Sequence record: LC537471.1
Strand: one strand, 5' to 3'
DNA: 32,000 nt
Position 1 is the first letter of the stretch. Each line of letters begins with the position of its first letter. Shown piece after piece: positions 23,856 to 31,513 of this stretch. The position numbers were made by a program, and so were the translations under genes. Under the pieces are notes generated by a model. It did no database searches, had not been told where the DNA came from, and worked only from the letters and a program-made list of their open reading frames with translations.

Positions 23856-24596
23856 ATGATAACAAATTCTGATTTTAATTTTCAACAAAATGACGCAAGT
23901 ACATTAGAATTACCTTTTTCAGAACATATTGAAGAATTACGTCAAAGACTTTTTCATATTGTTTGGGTTATTTTAATTTTAACGTGTGTTGCATTTTTTG
24001 ACGTTAAATTTTTAGTTAAAATCTTAGAACTACCCGTTAGTAATGTAAAATTTTTTCAACTATCGCCTGGTGAATATTTTGTTTCAACAGTAAAAATTTC
24101 ATTTTATACTGGGTTATTATTTGGTAGTCCATTTGCGATAGGACAATTAATTTTATTTTTATTACCTGGACTAACAAAAAAAGAAACAAAAATTATCTTA
24201 CCATTATTGTTAAGTTCTTTATGTCTCTTTGGATTGGGACTAGCATTTTCATATTATGCCTTAATTCCAGCAGCTTTAAACTTCTTTTTAAGCTATAGTG
24301 ATGAGGTTATTGAGCCATTTTGGTCATTTGATCAATATTTTGAATTTATTCTTGTTCTATTTTATAGTACAGGTTTAGCTTTTCAAATTCCTATTATTCA
24401 AATTTTACTAGGATTATTAAATATTGTATCAGCTAAACAAATGATTGCATCTTGGCGCTATGTAATCCTGGTTTCAACAATTATTGGAGCAGTTTTAACT
24501 CCTTCTACTGACCCTTTAACACAAGTACTGTTATCTTCAGCAATCTTATTGTTATATTTTTCGGGTGTAGGAATCCTGCTTTTAATAAAAAAATAA
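23856..24596 (+). CDS. tatC: Sec-independent (Tat) protein translocase subunit TatC
   Basis: 246-aa polytopic membrane ORF. It contains FSEHIEELRQRLF, FLLPGLTKKE and the C-terminal TPSTDP motif typical of TatC (ycf43). Confidence 0.9.
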   Translation: MITNSDFNFQQNDASTLELPFSEHIEELRQRLFHIVWVILILTCVAFFDVKFLVKILELPVSNVKFFQLSPGEYFVSTVKISFYTGLLFGSPFAIGQLILFLLPGLTKKETKIILPLLLSSLCLFGLGLAFSYYALIPAALNFFLSYSDEVIEPFWSFDQYFEFILVLFYSTGLAFQIPIIQILLGLLNIVSAKQMIASWRYVILVSTIIGAVLTPSTDPLTQVLLSSAILLLYFSGVGILLLIKK

Positions 24597-24629
24597 TTTA
24601 TAAATATATACTTAAAAAGTATTTAATCC

Positions 24630-25574
24630 ATGGCAACTAATAAGTTTTTTAAAAGTCTTTTATTTACTTTAACAATTGCTGTAAGTGTATTTGGTTTATC
24701 AGTTGAAAATTCTGTAGCCTATCCTGTTTTTGCACAACAAGGTTATTCAAACCCACGTGCAGCAAACGGTAAATTAGCTTGTGCTAACTGTCACTTAAAT
24801 CAAAAAGCAATTGAAATTGAAGCTCCTCAAGCTGTTCTTCCAAATTCAGTATTTGAAGTTGAAGTAAAAGTACCATACGATACATCACGTCAACAAATTG
24901 GCGCAAATGGTAAAAAAGCTGATTTAAACGTTGGTGGTATTGTAATTTTACCAACAGGTTTCAAATTAGCTCCTAAAAACCAAATTCCTGATGCAGTAAA
25001 ACAAAAAAATAAAGGTGTCTTTATTTCACCATATAGTACTGAATTTGATAATATCTTAGTAGTAGGTCCAATTGCAGGTAAAACACACCAAGAACTTATT
25101 TTCCCTGTTTTAGCACCAGATCCAGCAAAAAACGCAGATGTTAAATACTTAACGTACCCAATGTACGCAGGTGGTAACCGTGGTCGTGGTCAAGTTTACC
25201 CAACTGGTGAAAAGAGTAATATTAACAGTTTTGGTGCTGTTCAAGCTGGTCAAATTACAGAAATTACAACTACAGCTAAAGAAGAATCAAATGTAACAAT
25301 TGTTAGTTCTACTGGAACATCAACATCACAAATTGTTCCTGCTGGTTTAAAATTAACTGTAAAAGTAGGTGATGTGGTTAAAGCTGATCAATCATTAAAC
25401 ATTGATCCAAATGTGGGTGGTTTTGGTCAAGAAGAAACTGAAATTGTATTACAAAAACCTGAACGTATTATCGGCTATTTAGCTTTCTGTTTCAGTGTTT
25501 TATTAACACAAGTTTTCTTAATTTTAAAGAAAAAACAATTTGAGAAAGTTCAAGCTGCAGAGCTTAACTTCTAA
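24630..25574 (+). CDS. petA: Cytochrome f precursor
   Basis: 314-aa ORF. A signal peptide is followed by the mature N-terminus [13 protein letters not shown] and the heme motif CANCH, with a C-terminal membrane anchor. Confidence 0.96.
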   Translation: MATNKFFKSLLFTLTIAVSVFGLSVENSVAYPVFAQQGYSNPRAANGKLACANCHLNQKAIEIEAPQAVLPNSVFEVEVKVPYDTSRQQIGANGKKADLNVGGIVILPTGFKLAPKNQIPDAVKQKNKGVFISPYSTEFDNILVVGPIAGKTHQELIFPVLAPDPAKNADVKYLTYPMYAGGNRGRGQVYPTGEKSNINSFGAVQAGQITEITTTAKEESNVTIVSSTGTSTSQIVPAGLKLTVKVGDVVKADQSLNIDPNVGGFGQEETEIVLQKPERIIGYLAFCFSVLLTQVFLILKKKQFEKVQAAELNF

Positions 25575-25586
25575 TTTCAAAAATTC

Positions 25587-25621
25587 AAAAGGAATGACTT
25601 TTTAATTAAGTCATTCCTTTT
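25587..25621. terminator. Shared stem-loop between the convergent genes petA and petF
   Basis: 14-bp inverted repeat AAAAGGAATGACTT (25587-25600) / AAGTCATTCCTTTT (25608-25621) with a 7-nt loop. It sits in the 60-nt gap between two converging stop codons. Confidence 0.55.
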
Positions 25622-25634
25622 TTAAAATTATTTT

Positions 25635-25934
25635 TTAGTATAATTCGTCTTCTTGGTGTACTAAAATAGTACAATCAGATTTAGGGTATGCAATACAAGT
25701 TAAAACGAAACCAGCACCTACTTGATCATCATCTAAGAAAGTTTGCTCTGATTGATCAATTGTACCTTCAACAACTTTACCAGCACAAGTTGAACAAGCA
25801 CCTGCACGACAAGAGTATGGTAAATCAATACCGTTTTCTTCTGCAGCATCTAAGATGAATACATCATCATTACAGTCAACTGTTGTATCGATATCGTGCT
25901 CTTCACTTTTTAACACTACTGTGTAAATAGACAT
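25635..25934 (-). CDS. petF: Plant-type [2Fe-2S] ferredoxin
   Basis: 99-aa ORF. It has [16 protein letters not shown] followed by a downstream LTC cysteine, the canonical 2Fe-2S ligand pattern. Confidence 0.94.
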   Translation of the reverse strand: MSIYTVVLKSEEHDIDTTVDCNDDVFILDAAEENGIDLPYSCRAGACSTCAGKVVEGTIDQSEQTFLDDDQVGAGFVLTCIAYPKSDCTILVHQEDELY

Positions 25935-26064
25935 AAAAATCCTTTTTTAAGTTAATATAAAGTAAATATTGAAATAATAATTTGCTTATTACTTTACTAT
26001 CTCATATTATACTACGGAATTTCCGTATAAATTTTTTTTTTTTAATTTTTCAAAACTTTTAATT

Positions 26065-26427
26065 TTATTTAAAAGCTTGTTTTAAACGACCAGCTTTACC
26101 TTTTAATTCACGTAAGTAGTATAATTTCGCACGTCGAACTTTTGATGAGCGTAATACTTGAATTGAATCAACTTTAGGTGAATGAATTAAAAAAATACGT
26201 TCTACACCAATACCTTGTAATACTTTACGTACCGTAATTGTTGTATTAATTGAACTATTTTTTTTCGCAATTACTGTTCCTTCGTAAAATTGAACACGTT
26301 CTTTGTTACCTTCAATAATTTTAACACCAACTTTAACATTATCACCAATACGAATAATTGGTAAATCTGTTTTTAAAAAACTTTGGTTTAAATTATCAAT
26401 GGCTTGTTGTTTATTTAATTTAACCAT
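26065..26427 (-). CDS. rpl19: 50S ribosomal protein L19
   Basis: 120-aa [36 protein letters not shown] and the [16 protein letters not shown] blocks are typical of L19. Confidence 0.93.
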   Translation of the reverse strand: MVKLNKQQAIDNLNQSFLKTDLPIIRIGDNVKVGVKIIEGNKERVQFYEGTVIAKKNSSINTTITVRKVLQGIGVERIFLIHSPKVDSIQVLRSSKVRRAKLYYLRELKGKAGRLKQAFK

Positions 26428-26508
26428 AAAACTTTTAGATTCTAATAATTTATTACTAGCAATAGTACAGTTATCCTGTCAAAAAAACAATATTAAAAAT
26501 TTTGGAAA

Positions 26509-26593
26509 TGCATCCGACTGGGTTCGAACCAGTGACGTTCCAAAGGAAAACGGATTATGAGTCCGGTGCCTTCAACCACTCGGCCACAGATGC
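26509..26593 (-). tRNA. tRNA with anticodon CAU and an unusually long variable arm (possibly lysidine-type tRNA-Ile; Met not excluded)
   Basis: Minus strand, 85 nt: GCATCTG TG GCCG AGTGGTTGAA GGC A CCGGA-CTCATAA-TCCGT TTTCCTTTGGAACGTC ACTGG-TTCGAAC-CCAGT CGGATGC A. All arms pair. The variable region has its own TTCC/GGAA stem. The tRNA call is solid; the isotype is uncertain. Confidence 0.8.
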
Positions 26594-26598
26594 TTTTA

Positions 26599-26922
26599 TG
26601 GAGCTGATGGGAATCGAACCCACGTCCATTTAAATAATATTAAAGTACTCATTCACAGGCATAGTTCAAAATATGAACAAAATTTAAATATATTCTAAAC
26701 TATAAAAAAAACAAAAGTCTAGTTATAGCGAACAAACAAATTTAACAAATATCAGATATTTTAAACTGCAAATGCAAGAGAACGGTTGTTTACTTGTTTG
26801 AAGTTAAAAGGAATTACGTTGTTAGCATTTATTATAAAAAATGTATGTTTTTACGAAGAATACAGGCTTCGACCAGCATCATACTCTACTTAATATTTAA
26901 ATGTCAAAACCAAGTCAGCCCC
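26599..26922 (-). ncRNA. ssrA: tmRNA (transfer-messenger RNA), one-piece
   Basis: The minus-strand 5' end is GGGGCTGACTTGGTTTTGACA and the 3' end is GGACGTGGGTTCGATTCCCATCAGCTCCA. These form an Ala-tRNA-like acceptor stem with the G3:U70 pair and a T-arm. A CTTCGTAAAAA block lies upstream of an internal tag ORF. CCA is not encoded. Confidence 0.9.
26761..26826 (-). other. tmRNA tag reading frame (resume codon GCT to TAA)
   Basis: GCT AAC AAC GTA ATT CCT TTT AAC TTC AAA CAA GTA AAC AAC CGT TCT CTT GCA TTT GCA GTT TAA encodes ANNVIPFNFKQVNNRSLAFAV*. It is preceded by ATAATAAAT. The hydrophobic C-terminus ends in Ala-x-Ala-Val. Confidence 0.8.
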
Positions 26923-26950
26923 TTGAAGAATAAAACTTTTATTAGTCTCA

Positions 26951-27023
26951 TAAGCATGAAGGGAATCGAACCCCCGACTTTCAGAATCGGAATCTGATGC
27001 TCTATCCACTGAGCTACATGCTT
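26951..27023 (-). tRNA. trnR: tRNA-Arg (anticodon CCG)
   Basis: Minus strand: AAGCATG TA GCTC AGTGGATA GAGC A TCAGA-TTCCGAT-TCTGA AAGTC GGGGG-TTCGATT-CCCTT CATGCTT A. Confidence 0.88.
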
Positions 27024-27141
27024 AGACAAAAAATTCGAAACTCTACTATAAAATAAAATTAGTAAAATTTATCCTTGAACCTAAATTTTATAATATCATC
27101 AAAAAATTAAATCTGACAAGACTAAAATTTGATTTTTCAAA

Positions 27142-27173
27142 CTTTAAGTTCAATAAACTAATTGAACTTAAAG
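27142..27173 (-). terminator. 3' stem-loop downstream of psbV
   Basis: Perfect 13-bp inverted repeat CTTTAAGTTCAAT (27142-27154) / ATTGAACTTAAAG (27161-27173) with a 6-nt loop, 14 nt past the psbV stop. Confidence 0.5.
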
Positions 27174-27187
27174 CTGTAGTATAAAAT

Positions 27188-27679
27188 TTAGTAATAAATT
27201 TTACCACCACCCCATTTTTCACTAACAATTCGTGGAGATAACATAATGTGTCCAGCGATTGAATATAAATCTTCATCTGTTAAAGAACGCATACGTGGGT
27301 AAATATCCGCACTCTTAATACTAGGGTGTGTTTCAGCAATTGAATCTAACCCATCATATGTTGTTGGATTTTTAATATAATCAACTAAGCTGTTGATGTT
27401 ATCACGACGTGGTGTAGCTAAACTTAATGCCTCAGGATCTAAACCAACGTTAGGGTTTGTTTTTGTAATACCACCAACGTGACAAGCACCACAAGTCGCG
27501 TTAAATAAACGTTTACCTCGTTTTACCTGTTCAGGTGTTAAAACTGTTGTATTTCCAGCACTATCAACAACTACAGTTCGTGTTGCTTCATCTAAATCAA
27601 TAGCAGAAGCTGTTGTAACAAAAATGTTAAAAATACCAAATAAAATTAAAGCGCAAAATTTAGAATATTTTTTAAACAT
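27188..27679 (-). CDS. psbV: Cytochrome c-550 (PSII extrinsic protein PsbV) precursor
   Basis: 163-aa ORF. It has a signal peptide ending ...TTASA, the heme motif CGACH, and KRGKRLFNATC and the C-terminal WGGGKIYY typical of PsbV. Confidence 0.95.
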   Translation of the reverse strand: MFKKYSKFCALILFGIFNIFVTTASAIDLDEATRTVVVDSAGNTTVLTPEQVKRGKRLFNATCGACHVGGITKTNPNVGLDPEALSLATPRRDNINSLVDYIKNPTTYDGLDSIAETHPSIKSADIYPRMRSLTDEDLYSIAGHIMLSPRIVSEKWGGGKIYY

Positions 27680-27735
27680 AATTTAAAACCATTATTTATA
27701 AAATTGAAACCAAGAAGATAAAAGAGAATAATTAT

Positions 27736-28032
27736 CTACCCTTTTTTTTTTAGTTTTGCCATATTTGCGAGCAACCCTCGTAATCGAATATTTTCCCAGC
27801 CAGCAACTAAAAGAGATGCGATAATTAAAACCTGACTAAACAATAAAATTGGATCTAGTCTCCAACCATGGACCATTAAAATACAACTATATAACAATCC
27901 AATCGTTGCAAAAAAAATATCTTCATCTCGTGCTACTTCAGGTTTAACAACTCGAAGAAAATATAACAATATAACTCCGAATCCTAGGATTAAACCTAAT
28001 AAAATATTTGGACCAAAACCAATGTTTATCAT
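27736..28032 (-). CDS. ycf66: Conserved small plastid membrane protein Ycf66
   Basis: 98-aa ORF with predicted hydrophobic helices. The central block FFATIGLLYSCILMVHGWRLDPILLFSQ resembles Ycf66 as I remember it. Its position next to psbV and psbX fits diatom-type plastids. Confidence 0.6.
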   Translation of the reverse strand: MINIGFGPNILLGLILGFGVILLYFLRVVKPEVARDEDIFFATIGLLYSCILMVHGWRLDPILLFSQVLIIASLLVAGWENIRLRGLLANMAKLKKKG

Positions 28033-28085
28033 AAGTACTCTTATAAAGCTAGTAATTAATTATAAATATTTAATTTATATTTTAA

Positions 28086-28202
28086 TTAAGAACGTACAAT
28101 ACGGTCACTTTTACTGATAAAAATTAAAGCTGCTGCAATAGCACCTACTACAACACCACCTGCAACTAAACTAGATATAAAATTTGATAAAGAAGCTGTC
28201 AT
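28086..28202 (-). CDS. psbX: Photosystem II protein X
   Basis: Below the ORF-track size cutoff. My own translation gives MTASLSNFISSLVAGGVVVGAIAAALIFISKSDRIVRS*, 38 aa with a single helix. This closely resembles PsbX of red-lineage plastids as I recall it. Confidence 0.85.
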   Translation of the reverse strand: MTASLSNFISSLVAGGVVVGAIAAALIFISKSDRIVRS

Positions 28203-28377
28203 TTCTAATTCCGTTTTTTTAAATTAAAAATAGTAAGATTGACTACAGTATTAATTGTATCAGCTTTTTGAAAAAAAAACATAATTAATATTTTAGACTA
28301 AATACTTTCTAATTATGTTTGAATTAAATTAAAATAAAAAAAATTATGAGATCATTATTTTTATTGCTAAAAATAAA

Positions 28378-28478
28378 AGGTATAGCATTAATACAAATAT
28401 TTAAGACAAACTTTATGCTGCTATCTTACGATTCTGACAAAATAAGCTTGTTTAAAATCTTATTAAAAACTATACCCA
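28378..28478 (-). ncRNA. ffs: Signal recognition particle RNA (4.5S-type)
   Basis: The minus strand forms one hairpin of about 100 nt. The terminal stem is GGGTATAG (28477-28470) / CTATACC (28385-28379). The apex is GTCAGAATC-GTAA-GATAGCAGC (tetraloop 28429-28426), which matches the conserved SRP RNA domain IV pattern GUCAGGUCC-GGAA-GGAAGCAGC with compensatory stem changes. It is followed by TTTTATTTTT. The ends are approximate. Confidence 0.7.
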
Positions 28479-28484
28479 ATATAT

Positions 28485-28513
28485 AGAATACTAAATTTTA
28501 TAGAAAAAATCAA
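28485..28513 (-). promoter_or_regulatory. Candidate sigma70-type promoter for ffs
   Basis: The minus strand reads TTGATT-N17-TATTCT, with the -10 box ending 7 nt before the GGG that opens the ffs terminal stem. AT-rich context makes chance matches likely. Confidence 0.3.
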
Positions 28514-28535
28514 CTATTAATTAATAAAACATGTA

Positions 28536-28564
28536 TTGTTATTTTTGGCTTCTTATATTATAAT
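28536..28564 (+). promoter_or_regulatory. Candidate sigma70-type promoter for trnF
   Basis: TTGTTA (28536-28541) - N17 - TATAAT (28559-28564), 9 nt upstream of the trnF 5' end. It is divergent from the ffs candidate promoter. Confidence 0.3.
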
Positions 28565-28573
28565 ATTTATTAA

Positions 28574-28646
28574 GCCCGGATAGCTCAGTTGGTAGAGCAG
28601 TGGATTGAAGATCCTCGTGTCACCAGTTCGAATCTGGTTCTGGGCA
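28574..28646 (+). tRNA. trnF: tRNA-Phe (anticodon GAA)
   Basis: GCCCGGA TA GCTC AGTTGGTA GAGC A GTGGA-TTGAAGA-TCCTC GTGTC ACCAG-TTCGAAT-CTGGT TCTGGGC A. Confidence 0.92.
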
Positions 28647-28647
28647 T

Positions 28648-30012
28648 TTATTCAAGATTGCTAAATTTCGTTCGACTAGAATCAAATAGGAACTCAACAG
28701 TTCCAATTGGACCATTTCGTTGTTTAGTAATGATTAATTCAACTAAATCAGAATTATTTTGTGAACGATTCTCATCATTCGTTAAATAATAACTTTCACG
28801 ATAGAGCATTAAAACTAAATCAGCATCTTGTTCAATTGAACCACTTTCTCGTAAATCTGATAGAATCGGCCGTTTATTAGGTCGATTTTCAACACTTCGA
28901 CTTAATTGTGATAAAGCAATAATTGGAATGTTAAATTCACGTGCAAGATTTTTTAATGAACGAGTAATTTGTGAAAGTTCTTGTGCTCTATTATCCGTTT
29001 TCAATTGACTATTCTGCATTAGCTGTAAATAATCAATAATTACTAAACCAATTTGACCTTGTTCAAAAAGAATTTTTTTTAATTTCGACTTTAGATCTTG
29101 AATTGAAGGATTTGGTGTATCATCTAAAAATAATGGCAATGTTGATAAATTTTTCATTGTTTGATTTAATAAACTCCAATCTTCTTTATAAAGATTTCCA
29201 CTTTTTAACCGTAAATTGGTAATATCCGTTTCATGAGTTAACAAACGATATGTAAGTTGTTCCTTTGACATTTCTAAGCTGAAAAAAATGACAGGTAATT
29301 TGGTATTTTTTAAAATATTTAATCCCATATTTAATGCCAACGCAGTTTTTCCCATTGATGGACGGCCAGCAATAATAATTAAATCCGATTTTTGAAAACC
29401 TTGAGTAAATGAATCTAAATCATAAAACCCTGATGGAATACCTGATAAAGAGGGATTTAAAGATTTTTGTTTTAACTCTAAAAAAATATTTGAAAATAAA
29501 TCTGCTGTGGTTGCAACAGTTTGAGTTTGAATTTCATTTGTTAACTCAAAGACTTTTGATTCCAAATTTAAAAAAATTGATTCTAAAGAAACATTTGTTA
29601 TATAAGCGGAATTTATAATTTCATAACCCAGTTTAATTAAACAACGACGTAAGAATTTATCTTGAACTAATTTTATGTATTCTTCTAAATAAGATAAATT
29701 AGGAACATAATTAATTAATTCAATTAAAACTTTCGTACCTCCAATTAAATTAAGTTTACCTGTATCTTGTAAAAAAGCATTTAAGGTAACAATATCAATT
29801 GATATTTTTTTATTGTACATTTCAAGAATTACCTTATATAATTCCTGATGATTTTTAAAATAAAATGTTTCGATACGAATATTTCGAATTGTGAGCTCAA
29901 TAGCTTCTGAACTAATTAATAAACTACTGAGGATAATTTTTTCAGCTAAAAAATTATGTGGTAAATACTGATCATGCGATAAAGATAACTTGTTATTGGA
30001 TAAAGACTGCAT
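28648..30012 (-). CDS. dnaB: Replicative DNA helicase DnaB
   Basis: 454-aa ORF. It has the N-terminal LPHNFLAEKIILSSLL block, Walker A GRPSMGKTA, the LEMS block, IDYLQLM, and ALSQLSR..E.R...RP..SDLRESGSIEQDAD. It is contiguous, with no intein-sized insertion. Confidence 0.94.
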   Translation of the reverse strand: MQSLSNNKLSLSHDQYLPHNFLAEKIILSSLLISSEAIELTIRNIRIETFYFKNHQELYKVILEMYNKKISIDIVTLNAFLQDTGKLNLIGGTKVLIELINYVPNLSYLEEYIKLVQDKFLRRCLIKLGYEIINSAYITNVSLESIFLNLESKVFELTNEIQTQTVATTADLFSNIFLELKQKSLNPSLSGIPSGFYDLDSFTQGFQKSDLIIIAGRPSMGKTALALNMGLNILKNTKLPVIFFSLEMSKEQLTYRLLTHETDITNLRLKSGNLYKEDWSLLNQTMKNLSTLPLFLDDTPNPSIQDLKSKLKKILFEQGQIGLVIIDYLQLMQNSQLKTDNRAQELSQITRSLKNLAREFNIPIIALSQLSRSVENRPNKRPILSDLRESGSIEQDADLVLMLYRESYYLTNDENRSQNNSDLVELIITKQRNGPIGTVEFLFDSSRTKFSNLE

Positions 30013-30099
30013 ATAATAGAATTATTAAATGAATTTATTAAAATAAAAGAACTATTAACATCTTGCTTTTTTTCTTTATTATACTTAAAATATAAGTAC

Positions 30100-30172
30100 G
30101 CGTCCTTAGTTCAGTTGGTAGAACGCTAGTCTCCAAAATTAGATGTCGAGGGTTCAAGTCCTTCAGGGCGCG
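30100..30172 (+). tRNA. trnW: tRNA-Trp (anticodon CCA)
   Basis: GCGTCCT TA GTTC AGTTGGTA GAAC G CTAGT-CTCCAAA-ATTAG ATGTC GAGGG-TTCAAGT-CCTTC AGGGCGC G. Confidence 0.92.
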
Positions 30173-30362
30173 CTTCTCTTATTTATAAGAGGTTCTTATT
30201 TTTTAGATAGAATTTAAATTTAAAAAGCAATCCGTATTTAATCTTTTCAAATCGTTTTTCGAATTTAAAGGTTATTTCAGCTTTCAATGAAAACAATATC
30301 TTTTATAAAGATTAGTGTTTACTTCATTCAAGTTCAAAATGAAATAAAAAACGGTAATTACT

Positions 30363-30788
30363 ATGGCTAAAAAAGTAACAGCATTAATTAAATTAGCATT
30401 ACCCGCGGCTAAAGCAACACCAGCACCTCCTGTAGGTCCAGCTTTAGGTCAACATGGTGTTAATATTGCAGCATTTTGTAAAGAATATAATGCAAAAACT
30501 GGTGATAAAACTGGGTTAATTATTCCTGTAGAAATTTCAGTTTATGAAGATAGAAGTTATACTTTTATTCTTAAAACACCACCAGCTTCTGTTTTATTAG
30601 CAAATGCAGCAAAAATTAAAAAAGGTTCATCGACACCTAATAGTGTAAATGTCGGTTCAATTACTAAAGCTCAATTAGAAGAAATTGCTAGCATTAAATT
30701 ACCAGATTTAAACACTACAAAACTTACAAGTGCTGTAAAAATTGTTGAAGGAACTGCCCGTAACATGGGTATTTCAATCACAGATTAA
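30363..30788 (+). CDS. rpl11: 50S ribosomal protein L11
   Basis: 141-aa [47 protein letters not shown]... is canonical L11. Confidence 0.96.
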   Translation: MAKKVTALIKLALPAAKATPAPPVGPALGQHGVNIAAFCKEYNAKTGDKTGLIIPVEISVYEDRSYTFILKTPPASVLLANAAKIKKGSSTPNSVNVGSITKAQLEEIASIKLPDLNTTKLTSAVKIVEGTARNMGISITD

Positions 30789-30820
30789 TTGTAGATTGTT
30801 AATTTTATTAGGGAATTTTT

Positions 30821-31513
30821 ATGCGAAAATTATCACGTCGTCAGCAAGAAAATCAAGCAAAAACCAAAAATATTCTTTTTACTAACAAAGAAGAAGCTAT
30901 TAAGATTTTAAAAGAAACTGCAACAGCAAAATTTAATGAAACAGTTGAATTACACGCAAACTTAAATATTGATCCAAAATATGCAGATCAACAATTAAGA
31001 ACAACTGTAACTTTACCACATGGTGTTGGTAAATCAATTAAAATTGCAGTTTTAGCAAATGATAGTAATATGGCTGAAGCTCAAGCGGCAGGTGCCGATA
31101 TTGTTGGAAATGACGATTTAATTGAACAAATCAGTCAAGGTAACATTGATTTTGATTTATTAATTGCAACACCTGATATGATGCCAAAATTAGCTAAATT
31201 AGGTCGAGTACTAGGACCAAAGGGGTTAATGCCATCACCAAAATCAGGTACAGTTAGTACTACTTTAACTGAAACTTTATCAGATTTCAAAAAAGGTAAA
31301 TTTGAATACAAAGCAGATAAAACTGGTGTTGTTCACGTAAGTTTTGGTAAATCAAACTTTACAGAAACACAATTAGTTGAAAACTTAACAGCATTATACG
31401 AATCAATTGAACAAAACCGTCCTTCAGGTGTTAAAGGTAAATATTTTAAAAATCTATTTATCTGTACAAGTATGGGCCCGTCTATTCAATTAGATTTAGG
31501 TATTTTTGCTTAA
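30821..31513 (+). CDS. rpl1: 50S ribosomal protein L1
   Basis: 230-aa ORF. It contains FNETVELHANLNIDPKYADQQLR..V.LPHG and LGPKGLMPSPKSGTV, both blocks typical of L1. Confidence 0.96.
   Translation: MRKLSRRQQENQAKTKNILFTNKEEAIKILKETATAKFNETVELHANLNIDPKYADQQLRTTVTLPHGVGKSIKIAVLANDSNMAEAQAAGADIVGNDDLIEQISQGNIDFDLLIATPDMMPKLAKLGRVLGPKGLMPSPKSGTVSTTLTETLSDFKKGKFEYKADKTGVVHVSFGKSNFTETQLVENLTALYESIEQNRPSGVKGKYFKNLFICTSMGPSIQLDLGIFA

Noticed and set aside
26013-26043. A small palindrome TACGGAA-T-TTCCGTA followed by a run of 12 T, which resembles a rho-independent terminator in the plus orientation.
   Set aside because: No plus-strand gene lies upstream, since petF and rpl19 are both on the minus strand. 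On the minus strand the T run precedes the stem as an A run. It is probably just an rpl19 3' hairpin plus a homopolymer, though the homopolymer is a place to watch for sequencing length errors.
26599-26630. An isolated T-arm plus acceptor 3' half (GGACGTGGGTTCGATTCCCATCAGCTCCA on the minus strand) looked at first like the 3' exon of an intron-containing tRNA, for example trnL with a group I intron.
   Set aside because: The matching 5' acceptor strand GGGGCTG lies about 320 nt upstream (26922). The intervening RNA has a tag ORF and a tmRNA-type 5' domain, so it is the tRNA-like domain of ssrA and not a split tRNA.
26794-26997. A 67-aa plus-strand track ORF (MFEVKRNYVVSIYYKK...).
   Set aside because: It lies antisense across ssrA and trnR(CCG), both of which are strongly supported RNA genes.
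28346-28486. A 46-codon plus-strand ORF (MRSLFLLLKIKGIALIQIFKTNF...) lies in the psbX-trnF spacer.
   Set aside because: It is antisense to the ffs hairpin, has no SD and no recognisable family, and has the composition expected of random AT-rich sequence.
28589-28789. A 66-aa plus-strand track ORF starting inside trnF.
   Set aside because: It overlaps trnF and runs antisense to the conserved C-terminus of dnaB, so it is a frame artefact.
28648-30012. A possible intein in dnaB, as occurs in some red-algal plastid dnaB genes.
   Set aside because: The protein is 454 aa, with Walker A, Walker B and the C-terminal helicase motifs at normal spacing. There is no extra domain-sized insertion.
30286-30369. 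A 27-codon ORF ([27 protein letters not shown]) lies in the 190-nt trnW-rpl11 spacer and might be a leader peptide or small plastid gene. The coordinates are approximate.
   Set aside because: It runs into and overlaps the rpl11 start in another frame, matches no small plastid protein I know (psa/psb/pet families), and has no SD.
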